DNA from: Phreatobacter aquaticus
GTDB taxonomy: Bacteria > Pseudomonadota > Alphaproteobacteria > Rhizobiales > Phreatobacteraceae
Length of the DNA stretch: 24,000 nt
NCBI RefSeq assembly: GCF_005160265.1
Contig: NZ_CP039865.1
Location: forward strand, 806,828 to 830,827
Direction of reading: 5' to 3'
A model generated the notes under the pieces. It was not told the origin of the DNA, did not search any database, and saw nothing but the letters and a program-made list of their open reading frames with translations. Made by a program: the position numbers and the translations under genes. Position 1 is the first letter of the stretch; each line of letters opens with the position of its first letter. Shown one piece after another: positions 1 through 9,298 of this stretch.

Positions 1-98
1 TGGCCCTCGGCCTCGGTGTTCTGCTGGCCGAAGGTCATGGTGCCGAGGCACACGGCGGAAACGCTCACGCCGGTGCGGCCGAGAGGACGGTGCTGCAT
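1..98 (-). CDS. aldo/keto reductase family oxidoreductase, N-terminal fragment (gene runs off the left edge)
   Basis: The reverse complement of 1-98 starts with ATG (98-96) and reads MQHRPLGRTGVSVSAVCLGTMTFGQQNTEAEG. This matches the usual AKR N-terminus pattern (LG-x-T/S-G-x-x-VS...LGTM-x-FG). It is open-ended, so it is absent from the ORF track. Confidence 0.6.
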   Translation of the reverse strand, partial: MQHRPLGRTGVSVSAVCLGTMTFGQQNTEAEG

Positions 99-157
99 GG
101 GATCAGTTCTCAATTGTCTGGAAATTCAGTCTGGTTAGGCGAGGTGACGGCAGAGCG

Positions 158-865
158 TCAACCACCACGGCGGCGGCGCACCTCTGCAAGAAGCTCCAGC
201 ACCTTGGGCTGGGTGCCGGCCACCATCACATCCACGCCGCGGGCATTGGGGTGCATGCCGTCAGCGAGCTGGAGAGCGGGCGTCGCTGCCACACCTTCGA
301 GAAAGAACGGGTGCAGCAGCAGCCCATGCTTGGCCGCGAGATCGGGAAAGATCGCGTTGTAGGCGCGGCCGTAATCCTGGCCCATGTTCGGCGGCGCCAG
401 CATGCCGACCAGCAGCACATCGATCTTGCGGGCTTTCAGCCGCTCGATGATCGTCTCCAGATTGCGCCGGGTGATGGCGGGATCGATGCCGCGCAGCGCG
501 TCATTGGCGCCGAGCGCGAGGATCACTGCATCGACGCCATCGCCGATCGCCCAGTCGAGCCGATCGAGCCCGCCGGTGGTGGTGTCGCCGGACACGCCGG
601 CATTCTCGATTGCGACATTCTGCCCCGCCGCCTTCAGCGCCGCCTGCAGCTTGACGGGGAAGGCATCGCCGGGCGGCAGCTGGTAGCCGGCCGTCAGGCT
701 ATCGCCAAATGCCACAACGGAAATCGGCCGCTGCGCCTGCGCGGCGACCGCGCTTGAAAACAGCGCCAGCCCAAGCGCGGCAAGGCTCGAGATCACGGAT
801 ATGCGATAAGCTGTCGGCAAGGGGCGCCCTTTCCAAATCCGGCCTTTATCGCCATCTAGGGACAC
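158..865 (-). CDS. tesA: SGNH/GDSL hydrolase, TesA-like arylesterase / thioesterase I-lysophospholipase L1 family
   Basis: 235-aa ORF carrying the SGNH blocks: VVAFGDSLTAGY (GDS Ser), ENAGVSGDTT, ILALGANDALRG and DGMHPN (D-x-x-H). It has a hydrophobic signal-like segment SSLAALGLALFSSAVAAQAQ. It is divergent from a ybbA/ybbP-like pair, as in E. coli tesA-ybbA-ybbP. The start is uncertain: ATG at 865 or a downstream TTG/GTG closer to the signal peptide. Confidence 0.85.
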   Translation of the reverse strand: MSLDGDKGRIWKGRPLPTAYRISVISSLAALGLALFSSAVAAQAQRPISVVAFGDSLTAGYQLPPGDAFPVKLQAALKAAGQNVAIENAGVSGDTTTGGLDRLDWAIGDGVDAVILALGANDALRGIDPAITRRNLETIIERLKARKIDVLLVGMLAPPNMGQDYGRAYNAIFPDLAAKHGLLLHPFFLEGVAATPALQLADGMHPNARGVDVMVAGTQPKVLELLAEVRRRRGG

Positions 866-902
866 TTGTGCGCTGCCGCAATCGGCTTGGCGTCACGATG
901 TC

Positions 903-1670
903 ATGATGGACGAGCCGATGGACATGCCGACGGATACCGCGCCGCCCTCCCTGAGCATGCCCGTGATGGGCGACGCAGACCGCTCCATCGACCTGGACCG
1001 GATCGAGCTGTCGCTTGGCCGCGGCGCGTCGCGCGTCCATATCCTGAAGGGCGTCAGCCTTGCCGTCGCGCGCGGACAGAGCGTTGGCCTGGTCGGTCCG
1101 TCCGGCTCCGGAAAATCCACCCTGCTCATGGTGATGGCCGGCCTCGAAAGACCCGATTCCGGCACGGTGACGGTCGCCGGCGAGGTCATCTCGAAACTTG
1201 GCGAGGACGACCTCGCGCGCTTTCGCGGCCGCCATGCCGGCATCGTGTTCCAGTCCTTCCACCTGATCCCCACCATGACCGCGCTGGAGAATGTCGCGGT
1301 GCCGCTGGAACTTGCCGGGGACGCCAGCGCCTTCGACAAGGCGGCGGCAGAACTGGAAGCCGTCGGCCTTGGCCAGCGCTTCAACCATTACCCGGCCCAG
1401 ATGTCGGGCGGCGAGCAGCAGCGCGTGGCACTGGCCCGCGCCCTGTCGGTGCGCCCCGCCATCCTGTTCGCCGACGAGCCGACCGGCAATCTCGACGAGA
1501 CCACCGGCAAATCGATCATCGAGCTGATGTTCGCCATGCAGCGCGACCGCGGCACCACGCTGGTGCTGGTCACCCATGACCGCGCGCTTGCCGAGCGCTG
1601 CGACCGCGTCGTCCGGCTCCGCTCCGGCGAGATCGTCGAGGATACGCTCACCAGGGGTGCGCGGGCATGA
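903..1670 (+). CDS. ybbA: ABC transporter ATP-binding protein (YbbA/LolD/MacB-type ATPase)
   Basis: Walker [10 protein letters not shown], signature [15 protein letters not shown], Walker [13 protein letters not shown] and H-loop VTHD are all present. The stop overlaps the next start (ATGA at 1667-1670). The start may be an internal ATG near 957-966, because the first ~18 residues are acidic and Pro-rich and no clear SD is seen. Confidence 0.9.
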   Translation: MMDEPMDMPTDTAPPSLSMPVMGDADRSIDLDRIELSLGRGASRVHILKGVSLAVARGQSVGLVGPSGSGKSTLLMVMAGLERPDSGTVTVAGEVISKLGEDDLARFRGRHAGIVFQSFHLIPTMTALENVAVPLELAGDASAFDKAAAELEAVGLGQRFNHYPAQMSGGEQQRVALARALSVRPAILFADEPTGNLDETTGKSIIELMFAMQRDRGTTLVLVTHDRALAERCDRVVRLRSGEIVEDTLTRGARA

Positions 1671-4234
1671 CCTCCCTGGTCGCGCGCCCGTCGCGCATGC
1701 CGACAGCCATCCGCCTGGGCTTGCGCGAACTGCGCGGCGGCATTCGCGGCTTTGGCATTTTCATCGCCTGCATCGCGCTGGGCGTTGCCGCCATTGCCGG
1801 TGTTGGATCCTTCGCCCGTGGCCTGGTCGAGGGTCTGGGCCGTGAGGGCCGGGTTATCCTCGGCGCCGATGCCTCCTTCCAGGTGCTGCATCAGGAATTG
1901 CCGAAACCGGTGGTCGACGCCCTGACGGCTCAGGGCACGCTCGCCACCATGGCGACAACCCGTGCCATGGCCCGCATCGCCGCGGGACGCTCGTCGCTGG
2001 TCGAGCTCAAGGCCGTTGATCCTTCCGCCTATCCGCTGATCGGCACGCTCGGCATCGAGCCCGCCGGCACCGCCGCCGACCTCCTCGCCATGAAGGACGG
2101 CCGTTACGGCGCGCTGGTGGAATCGGCGCTGCTTGCCCGCCTCGACCTGAAGGTCGGCGATCCCCTGATCCTCGGCGAGCTCACGCTCACCATCAAAGGC
2201 GTGCTGCGCCAGGAGCCCGATCGCCTGGCCGGTGGCATCGGCTTCGGGCCCCGGCTGATGATCTCGCTCGACGCGCTGCGCACCAGTGGTCTGATCCAGC
2301 CGGGATCGCTGATCCGCTGGCTCTACCAGCTCAGGCTAGACCAGCGGCTGGCCGGCGACACCGAGGTGCGCCGGGTCGTCGCCGACATGCGCACGCGCTT
2401 TCCGGAAGCCGGCTTCGACGTTCGCACGCGGATGAACGCCTCGCCGCAACTGGCCACCCAGGTCGAGCGCTTCTCGCAATTCCTGACGCTGGTTGGCCTC
2501 ACCGCCCTCTTGGTCGGCGGCGTCGGCGTCGCCAATGCAGTGGCAAGCCTGGTCGACCGCAAGCGCGATGACATCGCCACGCTGAAGGCGCTGGGCGCCA
2601 CTGGCGGCACCGTGTTCATCGCGACGCTGACCCAGATCGGCGGCCTCGCCCTGCTCGCGACCCTCATCGGCCTTGCCGCCGGTGCCGCCCTGCCGAGCCT
2701 GATTGTCGGCGCCATCGGCACGCGGATTCCGCTCCCCATCGCCACCGGGCTCTATCCCGGCGAGCTCGCGACTGCCGCCGGCTATGGTCTTCTGGTGGCG
2801 CTGGCCTTCGCGCTCTGGCCGCTTGGCAAGGCCCATGACGTGCCGGTCTCGGCGCTGTTCCGCGACACGGTGGATGCCGATGGCCGCCTGCCGCGCTGGC
2901 GCTATCTGGTGGCGACCGCAGCAGCCCTTGGCGCTCTTGTGGTGCTCTCGGTTGTCGCCTCGTTCAATCCGCGCCTCGCACTCATGTTCATGCTGGGCGC
3001 CGCCGGCATCTTCGTGACGCTGCGCCTGGTCGCCTTTGCCATCATGGCGGTGGCGCGCCGCCTGCCCCACCCGCGCCATACAGGCCTCAGGCTCGCCATC
3101 GGCAACCTGCACCGCCCCGGCGCGCTCACCCCCGCCGTCGTCCTGTCGCTCGGCCTTGGGCTGACGCTGCTGGCTGTCATCGGCCTGGTCGATTCAAGTT
3201 TCCGCCGGCAGATCGAGAGTGCGCTGCCGGCGCGCGCACCCGCCTTCTTCTTCGTCGACATCGCCAATTCCGAAGTGCCGCGCTTCGACGCCTTCATCGC
3301 GGCCCGCGCGGGCGAGGCGAAGCTTGAGCGTGTGCCCATGCTGCGCGGTCGGTTCGTCCGGCTTGGTGGCCGTCCTGTCGAGGAGATCCGCGCCCGCGAG
3401 GACATCCGCTGGGCGCTGTCCGGCGATCGCGGCATCACCTATGCGAGCGAGCTTCCGCCGAACTCCGAGCTTGTCGAGGGCCAGTGGTGGCCGGCCGACT
3501 ATGCGGGGCCGCCGCTCGTCTCCTTCGACCAGCGCATGGGGGCCGGCTTCGGCCTCAAGATCGGCGACGAGGTGACGGTCAACGTGCTCGGCCGCAACAT
3601 CACGGCGAAGATCGCCAACTTCCGGGCGATCCACTGGGACAATCTCGGCATCAATTTCATTGTCGTGTTCTCGCCGAACACGTTCCGCTCGGCGCCTCAC
3701 ACCCATATGGCGACGCTGACATTCCCGACTGACCGCCCGGCGGCCGACGAAGTTGCCCTCCTGCAGCAGATGGCCACCGAGTTCCCGGCCGTCACCACGG
3801 TCCGCGTCAAGGATGCGCTGGAAGCCGTCGGCCAGCTGGCAACCCAGATCGCCACCGGCATGCGCGGCGCAAGCCTCGTGACGCTGATCGCCTCGATCCT
3901 GGTTCTGGCCGGCGCACTCGCGGCCGGTCATCGCTCCCGCGTCTATGACGCGGTGATCCTGAAGACGCTCGGCGCCACCCGGCCGATGCTGATCGGAACC
4001 TATGCCATGGAATATGCCGTGCTCGGCACGGTCACCGCCCTGTTCGCGGTCGGCGCCGGCAGTGTCACGGCCTGGCTGGTCACCACGCAGGTGATGAACA
4101 TCCCCTTCGTCTTCTCGCCTGGCACGGCGTTCGGCGTGGTCGGTTTCGCAGTCGTCGTGACCGTCGGCTTCGGCCTGCTTGGCACATTCCGCGCGCTTGG
4201 CGAAAAGCCCGCGCCGGTCCTGCGCAATCTCTAG
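1667..4234 (+). CDS. ybbP: ABC transporter permease, double FtsX-domain type (YbbP-like)
   Basis: 855-aa ORF translationally coupled to the ATPase. It contains two blocks of hydrophobic helices, each with an FtsX-like LKALGAT / LKTLGAT motif (LKALGATGGTVF and LKTLGATRPML), separated by large soluble loops. Confidence 0.85.
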   Translation: MTSLVARPSRMPTAIRLGLRELRGGIRGFGIFIACIALGVAAIAGVGSFARGLVEGLGREGRVILGADASFQVLHQELPKPVVDALTAQGTLATMATTRAMARIAAGRSSLVELKAVDPSAYPLIGTLGIEPAGTAADLLAMKDGRYGALVESALLARLDLKVGDPLILGELTLTIKGVLRQEPDRLAGGIGFGPRLMISLDALRTSGLIQPGSLIRWLYQLRLDQRLAGDTEVRRVVADMRTRFPEAGFDVRTRMNASPQLATQVERFSQFLTLVGLTALLVGGVGVANAVASLVDRKRDDIATLKALGATGGTVFIATLTQIGGLALLATLIGLAAGAALPSLIVGAIGTRIPLPIATGLYPGELATAAGYGLLVALAFALWPLGKAHDVPVSALFRDTVDADGRLPRWRYLVATAAALGALVVLSVVASFNPRLALMFMLGAAGIFVTLRLVAFAIMAVARRLPHPRHTGLRLAIGNLHRPGALTPAVVLSLGLGLTLLAVIGLVDSSFRRQIESALPARAPAFFFVDIANSEVPRFDAFIAARAGEAKLERVPMLRGRFVRLGGRPVEEIRAREDIRWALSGDRGITYASELPPNSELVEGQWWPADYAGPPLVSFDQRMGAGFGLKIGDEVTVNVLGRNITAKIANFRAIHWDNLGINFIVVFSPNTFRSAPHTHMATLTFPTDRPAADEVALLQQMATEFPAVTTVRVKDALEAVGQLATQIATGMRGASLVTLIASILVLAGALAAGHRSRVYDAVILKTLGATRPMLIGTYAMEYAVLGTVTALFAVGAGSVTAWLVTTQVMNIPFVFSPGTAFGVVGFAVVVTVGFGLLGTFRALGEKPAPVLRNL

Positions 4235-4458
4235 AGGGCGGGCGCCAAATACCTCCCAAGACTTGGGTTACTGCGACAATCCGCCCTCGAAATCCTTGGC
4301 AGCGCCCGCGAAAGCGCGACATAGAGCCGCGCCGCCAGTGAATCCGGCCGGCTATGCAGGGCGCGGTCTTGTTTCTGCCGCCATCTCAGCCATATTCCGC
4401 AGCGTATGAGATGCGCTGAGTGCGCGTCCCGCCCAAGGGAAAACCAGAGGTTCTTCCA

Positions 4459-5307
4459 ATGTCGAATTACGATCCCAACGCCCAGGCCTATGGCGGCTAT
4501 GGCTATGGCCAGACGGCGGCCTACTCCCAGGCCCAGATCGACCAGGGCCTCCGGTCGTATATGGTTGGCGTCTACAATTACATGATGATCGGCCTGGCCA
4601 TCACCGGCCTTGCCGCACTCGGCATCTACATGCTGTCGGTGACTGGCGACGCCTCGCTTGCCGCCCGCGGTGCTCGCGGTGGCGCGCTTGCCGTCTCGGC
4701 TGGCCAGTTCCTGACGCCGTTCGGCGCCTTCCTGTTCACGAGCTGGTTCAAGTTCGTGGTCATCCTCGCGCCCCTCGGCGTGGTGATGCTGCTGTCGTTC
4801 CGTGCTGACCGCATGAGCGCGCCCGCGGCGCAGATGACCTTCTGGCTCTACGCAGCCCTGGTCGGCGTCTCGATGACGACGATCCTGCTGGTCTATGCCC
4901 ACACCTCGGTCGCCCGCGTGTTCTTCATCACGGCTGCCTCGTTCGGTGCGCTGTCGCTCTACGGCTACACCACCAAGCGTGACCTGTCCGGCATGGGCAC
5001 CTTCCTGATGATGGGCCTGTTCGGCCTGATCATCGCCTCGCTGGTGAATATCGGCATTGCCGCCTTCACCGGTCAGGCTTCCACCATGCTGCAGTGGATC
5101 ATCTCGGTTGTCGGCGTTCTGATCTTCGCGGGCCTCACCGCCTACGACACCCAGAACATCAAGAACGAGTACATCTACAGCCTGTCCTACGCCTCGGACG
5201 GCTCGATCATCCAGAAGGCCGCCATCTTCGGCGCCCTCCAGCTCTACATGGACTTCGTCGGCATGTTCCAGTTCCTCATGTCGCTGCTCGGTTCGCGCAA
5301 CGAATAA
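4459..5307 (+). CDS. Bax inhibitor-1/YccA family membrane protein
   Basis: The protein is multi-helix and hydrophobic, with family-typical LRSYMVGVYNYMMIGLAITG near the N-terminus and a charged C-terminal tail. I chose ATG 4459 (MSNYDPN...) because of an upstream CCAGAGG SD-like motif. The ORF track extends to a GTG at 4420. Confidence 0.85.
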   Translation: MSNYDPNAQAYGGYGYGQTAAYSQAQIDQGLRSYMVGVYNYMMIGLAITGLAALGIYMLSVTGDASLAARGARGGALAVSAGQFLTPFGAFLFTSWFKFVVILAPLGVVMLLSFRADRMSAPAAQMTFWLYAALVGVSMTTILLVYAHTSVARVFFITAASFGALSLYGYTTKRDLSGMGTFLMMGLFGLIIASLVNIGIAAFTGQASTMLQWIISVVGVLIFAGLTAYDTQNIKNEYIYSLSYASDGSIIQKAAIFGALQLYMDFVGMFQFLMSLLGSRNE

Positions 5308-5339
5308 GGACGGCCTGACAGTTCAGGGCTTATCCAGAA

Positions 5340-5370
5340 CCCCCGGTCCCAGGACCGGGGGTTTTGTTTT
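5340..5370 (+). terminator. rho-independent terminator after the BI-1 gene
   Basis: CCCCCGGTCC / GGACCGGGGG perfect inverted repeat followed by TTTTGTTTT. Confidence 0.85.
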
Positions 5371-5465
5371 GAGCGCCGCGCAGGCCCTCTTGCCTCCCCC
5401 GGGCTTTCCCGCATTCAGTTTGGAACCTGTCCCGCCACTCGCGGGTTCGAGCACCGGGGTGGCCG

Positions 5466-6299
5466 ATGTACCTTGCGATCAGGATCTGCTGGGAGGCCGT
5501 CAACCATTTCCTGGAAGACGATGGATGGGCGATTTCCAGCCACATCGCACTCTCCGGCCTGATGTCGCTCTTCCCGTTCCTGATCGTCGTCACGGCGCTT
5601 GCCGGCTTCTTCGGCTCCAGGGCCTATGCCGACGAGGTCACCCAGATCCTGCTGGAGGCCTGGCCGCCAACGGTCGCAGAGCCGATCGCCCGCGAGATCA
5701 GCCTCGTCCTCACGACGTTTCGCACCGACATCCTGACGCTTGGCGTGTTCCTCGCGATCTACTTCTCCTCGAACGGGGTCGAGGCGCTGCGGGTCGCGCT
5801 CAACCGCGCCTATGAGGTCCGCGAGCAGCGCTGGTGGTACATGCTGCGCCTGGAATCGATCATCTTCGTGCTGATCGGCGCGGCCGCCCTTCTCGTGGTC
5901 GCCTTCCTGGTCGTGCTCGGGCCTTTGCTCTGGCAGACCGCCGTGCGCTTTCTTCCCGGTCTCGCGCCATTCGGCTGGATTGTCGTGTTCATCCGGGTGG
6001 CGGCCGCCTCGGTCGTCATCGTCGCGTCGCTGACGGTCGTGCATCTGTTCCTGCCCGCGGGACGGCGGCGGTTCAGCGATGTCGCGCCGGGCATCGCGGC
6101 CACCCTCGTGCTGTGGCTGATCGGTGGTTCGCTGTTCGGCAGCTATATCGCGAGCTTCGCGCAGAACTACGTCAACACCTATGCCGGCCTCGCATCCGTC
6201 ATGGTGGCGCTGGTCTTCTTCTACTACACCGCCGCCATCTTCGTGATCGGCGGCGAGATCAACGCCGCCATCTGGCGCACGCGCGGCAAGATCATCTGA
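5466..6299 (+). CDS. YihY/virulence factor BrkB family membrane protein
   Basis: 277-aa polytopic protein. Its N-terminus, [32 protein letters not shown], and its C-terminal [16 protein letters not shown]...[10 protein letters not shown]-type block are characteristic of the YihY/BrkB family. Confidence 0.85.
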   Translation: MYLAIRICWEAVNHFLEDDGWAISSHIALSGLMSLFPFLIVVTALAGFFGSRAYADEVTQILLEAWPPTVAEPIAREISLVLTTFRTDILTLGVFLAIYFSSNGVEALRVALNRAYEVREQRWWYMLRLESIIFVLIGAAALLVVAFLVVLGPLLWQTAVRFLPGLAPFGWIVVFIRVAAASVVIVASLTVVHLFLPAGRRRFSDVAPGIAATLVLWLIGGSLFGSYIASFAQNYVNTYAGLASVMVALVFFYYTAAIFVIGGEINAAIWRTRGKII

Positions 6300-6384
6300 C
6301 CTCGCGCCCAGGCGCTTCCCCCGGCCTGGCTCTCCGGCTAAAGCCTTGCCCGTTGCAGACTTCAGAAAAGCTCCCGAGGATCCC

Positions 6385-7635
6385 ATGGCCAAGTTCGTGC
6401 CGCCCGTCTCGCCGCTCGCCCCCAAGCACGTTCCCGACATGCCCGCCCTTGACGGCGTGACGCTGGCGACAGCCGAGGCCGGCATCCGCTATTCGGGCCG
6501 CACCGATGTGCTGGCGATCGGCCTCGCCAAGGGCACGACGGTGGCGGGGGTCTTCACCAAGTCCAAGTGCCCCTCGGCGCCGGTCGACTGGTGCCGTGCC
6601 AATCTCGCCGGCGGCACCGCCCGCGCCCTGGTGGTCAATTCCGGCAATGCCAATGCCTTCACCGGCAAGAAGGGCGCCGATGCCGTGGCGCTGACCGCGA
6701 AGATTGCCGCCAAGGCCGCCGGCTGCAAGCAGAGCGAGGTGTTCCTCGCTTCCACCGGTGTGATCGGCGAGCCGCTCGATGCGTCGAAGTACCAGGGCGT
6801 GCTCGACACGACCTTCGCGGCGGCGAAGCCCGAGGGCTGGCTCGATGCCGCCAAGGCCATCATGACAACCGACACGTTCCCGAAGGTCGCGACCGCCAGC
6901 GCCAAGATCGATGGCGTCACCGTCACCATCAACGGCATGGCCAAGGGCGCCGGCATGATCGCACCCGACATGGCGACCATGCTGTCCTTCGTGTTCACCG
7001 ATGCCGCCATCGCGGCGCCGGCCCTTCAGGCCCTGCTGTCGAAGGGCGTCACCTCCACGTTCAACACCGTGACGGTCGACAGCGATACCTCGACCTCCGA
7101 CACGCTGATGCTGTTTGCCACCGGCGCTGCCGCCAAGCGCGGCGCGCCGCTGATCGACAGCGCCACAGACCGCCGGCTCGCGGCCTTCCGCAAGGCGCTG
7201 CAGGCGGTCCTCGCCAATCTCGCCGAGCAGGTCGCCCGCGATGGCGAGGGTGCGCGCAAGCTGGTCCATGTCGTCGTTAAGGGTGCGACCTCGAATGCCA
7301 GCGCCTTCAAGGTCGCGAAGTCGATCGCGGATTCGCCGCTGGTGAAGACCGCCGTTGCCGGCGAGGACGCCAATTGGGGACGTGTGGTCATGGCGGTCGG
7401 CAAGGCCGGCCAGCCCGCCGACCGCGATCTCCTGTCGATCTGGTTCGGCGATGTCCGTGTTGCCCATCACGGCGAGCGCGACACCGGCTACGACGAACAG
7501 GCGGCCAGTGCCGTGATGCAGCGCGATGTCATCACCATCACCGCCGATCTCGGTCTCGGCCGCGGCACCGCCAAGGTTATGACCTGTGATCTGACAAAGG
7601 ATTACGTCGCAATCAACGGCGATTACCGTTCTTGA
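6385..7635 (+). CDS. argJ: bifunctional glutamate N-acetyltransferase / amino-acid acetyltransferase ArgJ
   Basis: The hallmark [21 protein letters not shown] is present (autoprocessing site before TML). The whole length matches the family. ATG 6385 is preceded by GAGGA and gives about 416 aa with the N-terminus [14 protein letters not shown]. Confidence 0.93.
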   Translation: MAKFVPPVSPLAPKHVPDMPALDGVTLATAEAGIRYSGRTDVLAIGLAKGTTVAGVFTKSKCPSAPVDWCRANLAGGTARALVVNSGNANAFTGKKGADAVALTAKIAAKAAGCKQSEVFLASTGVIGEPLDASKYQGVLDTTFAAAKPEGWLDAAKAIMTTDTFPKVATASAKIDGVTVTINGMAKGAGMIAPDMATMLSFVFTDAAIAAPALQALLSKGVTSTFNTVTVDSDTSTSDTLMLFATGAAAKRGAPLIDSATDRRLAAFRKALQAVLANLAEQVARDGEGARKLVHVVVKGATSNASAFKVAKSIADSPLVKTAVAGEDANWGRVVMAVGKAGQPADRDLLSIWFGDVRVAHHGERDTGYDEQAASAVMQRDVITITADLGLGRGTAKVMTCDLTKDYVAINGDYRS

Positions 7636-7717
7636 TTTGTATAAACTTTGGTTGGATCGCGACTCTCCTATTGCGAACCGAAATCGTTAACTTCCGGATC
7701 TTAGAACGAGGGATGCC

Positions 7718-8137
7718 ATGACCTTGAAGCTCGTCTTCGTGGTGGCCTGCGCGCTGGTCGATCCGGACAACCGGGTTCTGCTGGCGCAACGCCCCGAAGG
7801 CAAGCCAATGGCGGGCCTTTGGGAATTTCCCGGCGGCAAGGTCGAACCGGGCGAACGTCCGGAACAGACGCTGATCCGCGAACTCCGCGAGGAGTTGGCG
7901 ATCAATGTCGAAGAGCCGTGCCTCGCTCCGCTGACCTTCGCCAGCCATGCCTATGAGACCTTCCAGCTGTTCATGCCGCTGTGGGTTTGCCGGAGGTGGG
8001 AAGGACAGGTCAGGGGCGCCGAGGGACAGCGCCTTGCATGGGTGAAGCCGGGCCGGCTCAGGGATTATCCCATGCCGGCGGCGGACGAGCCTCTCATCCC
8101 TTTCCTCACCGAACTGCTCGGCGAGGCCCGCGATTGA
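7718..8137 (+). CDS. mutT: 8-oxo-dGTP diphosphatase MutT (Nudix hydrolase)
   Basis: Nudix box GLWEFPGGKVEPGERPEQTLIRELREELAI is present. The protein is 139 aa and has a GAGGGA SD. It lies next to argJ, an arrangement I recall as common in alphaproteobacteria. Confidence 0.9.
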   Translation: MTLKLVFVVACALVDPDNRVLLAQRPEGKPMAGLWEFPGGKVEPGERPEQTLIRELREELAINVEEPCLAPLTFASHAYETFQLFMPLWVCRRWEGQVRGAEGQRLAWVKPGRLRDYPMPAADEPLIPFLTELLGEARD

Positions 8138-8150
8138 AGGAGAAGCCAGA

Positions 8151-8339
8151 ATGGCTTTCACCGCGACCCGCATGCGCCGCCATCTGTCCGCCTTCGCCCA
8201 TGATGACCGTGGCGCCACCGCCATCGAATATTCGATGATTGCCGCGGGCATTGCCGGCGCCGTCATGGTCGCCATCTCGACGCTCGGCTCGACGGTCCAG
8301 ACCAATTTCTACGGCAAGATCGTCGGCAACTGGCAATAG
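8151..8339 (+). CDS. flp: Flp family type IVb pilin (prepilin)
   Basis: 62 aa: MAFTATRMRRHLSAFAHDDRG|ATAIEYSMIAAGIAGAVMVAISTLG... It carries the Flp processing motif G/ATAIEY followed by a hydrophobic helix. A strong AAGGAG SD sits 8 nt upstream and the start is only 13 nt after the mutT stop. Confidence 0.8.
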   Translation: MAFTATRMRRHLSAFAHDDRGATAIEYSMIAAGIAGAVMVAISTLGSTVQTNFYGKIVGNWQ

Positions 8340-8362
8340 ACGGTCACCGGCCCGCCCGTATG

Positions 8363-8399
8363 AAAAAGGCCGGGCACCAGGCCCGGCCTTGTCGTCTTT
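8363..8399. terminator. bidirectional rho-independent terminator between flp (+) and phaB (-)
   Basis: AAAAA GGCCGGGC accag GCCCGGCC TTGTCGTCTTT. An 8-bp GC stem is flanked by an A-run on one side and a T-rich run on the other. Confidence 0.8.
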
Positions 8400-8414
8400 G
8401 GGGCGCGATAGGCC

Positions 8415-9137
8415 TCAGATCATGTACTGGCCGCCATTGATGGCCAGCGTCGATCCCGTGATGAACCCGCCCTCGTCGGAGGCCAGGAACAGCACGGCGC
8501 GGGCGATCTCGTCCGCCTCGCCGAGGCGACCCACCGGGATCTGCGCGATGATCGATTCCCGGACCTTCTCCGGCACGGCCATCACCATGTCGGTGGCGAT
8601 ATAGCCGGGGCAGATGGCGTTGACCGTGATGCCGGCCTTGGCGCCTTCCTGGGCGAGCGCCTTGGTGAAGCCGAGATCGCCGGCCTTGGCGGCGGAATAG
8701 TTCGCCTGACCCATCTGACCCTTCTGGCCGTTGATCGATGAAATGCTGATCACCCGGCCGAATTTGCGGTCGCGCATGCCGGTCCAGAGCGGATGGGTCA
8801 TGTTGAAGAGACCGGACAGGTTGGTGTCGATCACTTCCTTCCACTGCGCCGGTGTCATGCGGTGGAACATCGCGTCGCGCGTGATGCCGGCATTGTTGAC
8901 CAGCACGTCGACCGGCCCAAGCTCGGCCTCGACCTTCGCGATGCCCGCCGCGCAGGCTTCGTAGTCGGCGACCGACCACTTGAAGACCTCGATCCCCGTC
9001 TCCGCCTTGAACGCGGCTGCGGCCTCGTCATTGCCGGCATAGTTCGCCGCCACCTTGTAGCCGGCGGCCTTGAGCGCCTTGGAGATCGCGGCCCCGATAC
9101 CTCGCGTGCCGCCGGTGACCAGTGCTACCCGTGCCAT
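8415..9137 (-). CDS. phaB: acetoacetyl-CoA reductase (SDR family)
   Basis: MARVALVTGGTRGIGAAISKAL (TGxxxGIG), NNAG, and Y-x-x-x-K within NYSAAKAG. 241 aa from ATG 9137, which has an AGGGAG SD. It lies directly downstream of phaA. Confidence 0.93.
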   Translation of the reverse strand: MARVALVTGGTRGIGAAISKALKAAGYKVAANYAGNDEAAAAFKAETGIEVFKWSVADYEACAAGIAKVEAELGPVDVLVNNAGITRDAMFHRMTPAQWKEVIDTNLSGLFNMTHPLWTGMRDRKFGRVISISSINGQKGQMGQANYSAAKAGDLGFTKALAQEGAKAGITVNAICPGYIATDMVMAVPEKVRESIIAQIPVGRLGEADEIARAVLFLASDEGGFITGSTLAINGGQYMI

Positions 9138-9237
9138 GAACAGTGCTCCCTTTGTGCGTTCCCATGGATAGTCGATTCGTCCCGGCATCTTGTGTGCCAG
9201 GTTGTCTCATCACTTCACCGGGGGGATGAAGGCCGTC

Positions 9238-9262
9238 TCCGGAGGCGGTGACCGCCTCCGGA
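9238..9262 (-). other. perfect 11-bp stem-loop in the phaA-phaB intercistronic spacer
   Basis: TCCGGAGGCGG tga CCGCCTCCGGA. There is no U-tract on the transcribed (-) strand, so it is not a classical terminator. Confidence 0.5.
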
Positions 9263-9298
9263 ATTCAGTCAGGCTGGATGGCCGTGAACTGGCGCGCC

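Noticed and set aside
846-3931. Minus-strand ORFs 846-1577, 2336-3112 and 3194-3931, plus assorted + off-frame ORFs
   Set aside because: They overlap the ABC ATPase and permease genes, which have clear motifs, in antisense or alternative frames.
4231-7470. Minus-strand ORFs 4231-4902, 5415-6485 and 6292-7470
   Set aside because: They are antisense to the BI-1, YihY/BrkB and argJ genes. Their composition (R/D/G/H/E runs) is not protein-like.
7636-7717. AT-richer argJ-mutT spacer with TTAA(7687-7690)...TTAG(7701-7704), considered as a CtrA box; also a GANTC site (GACTC)
   Set aside because: The spacing is N10, not N7, and the second half-site is TTAG rather than TTAA. A single GANTC is expected by chance. 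This is most simply the mutT promoter region.
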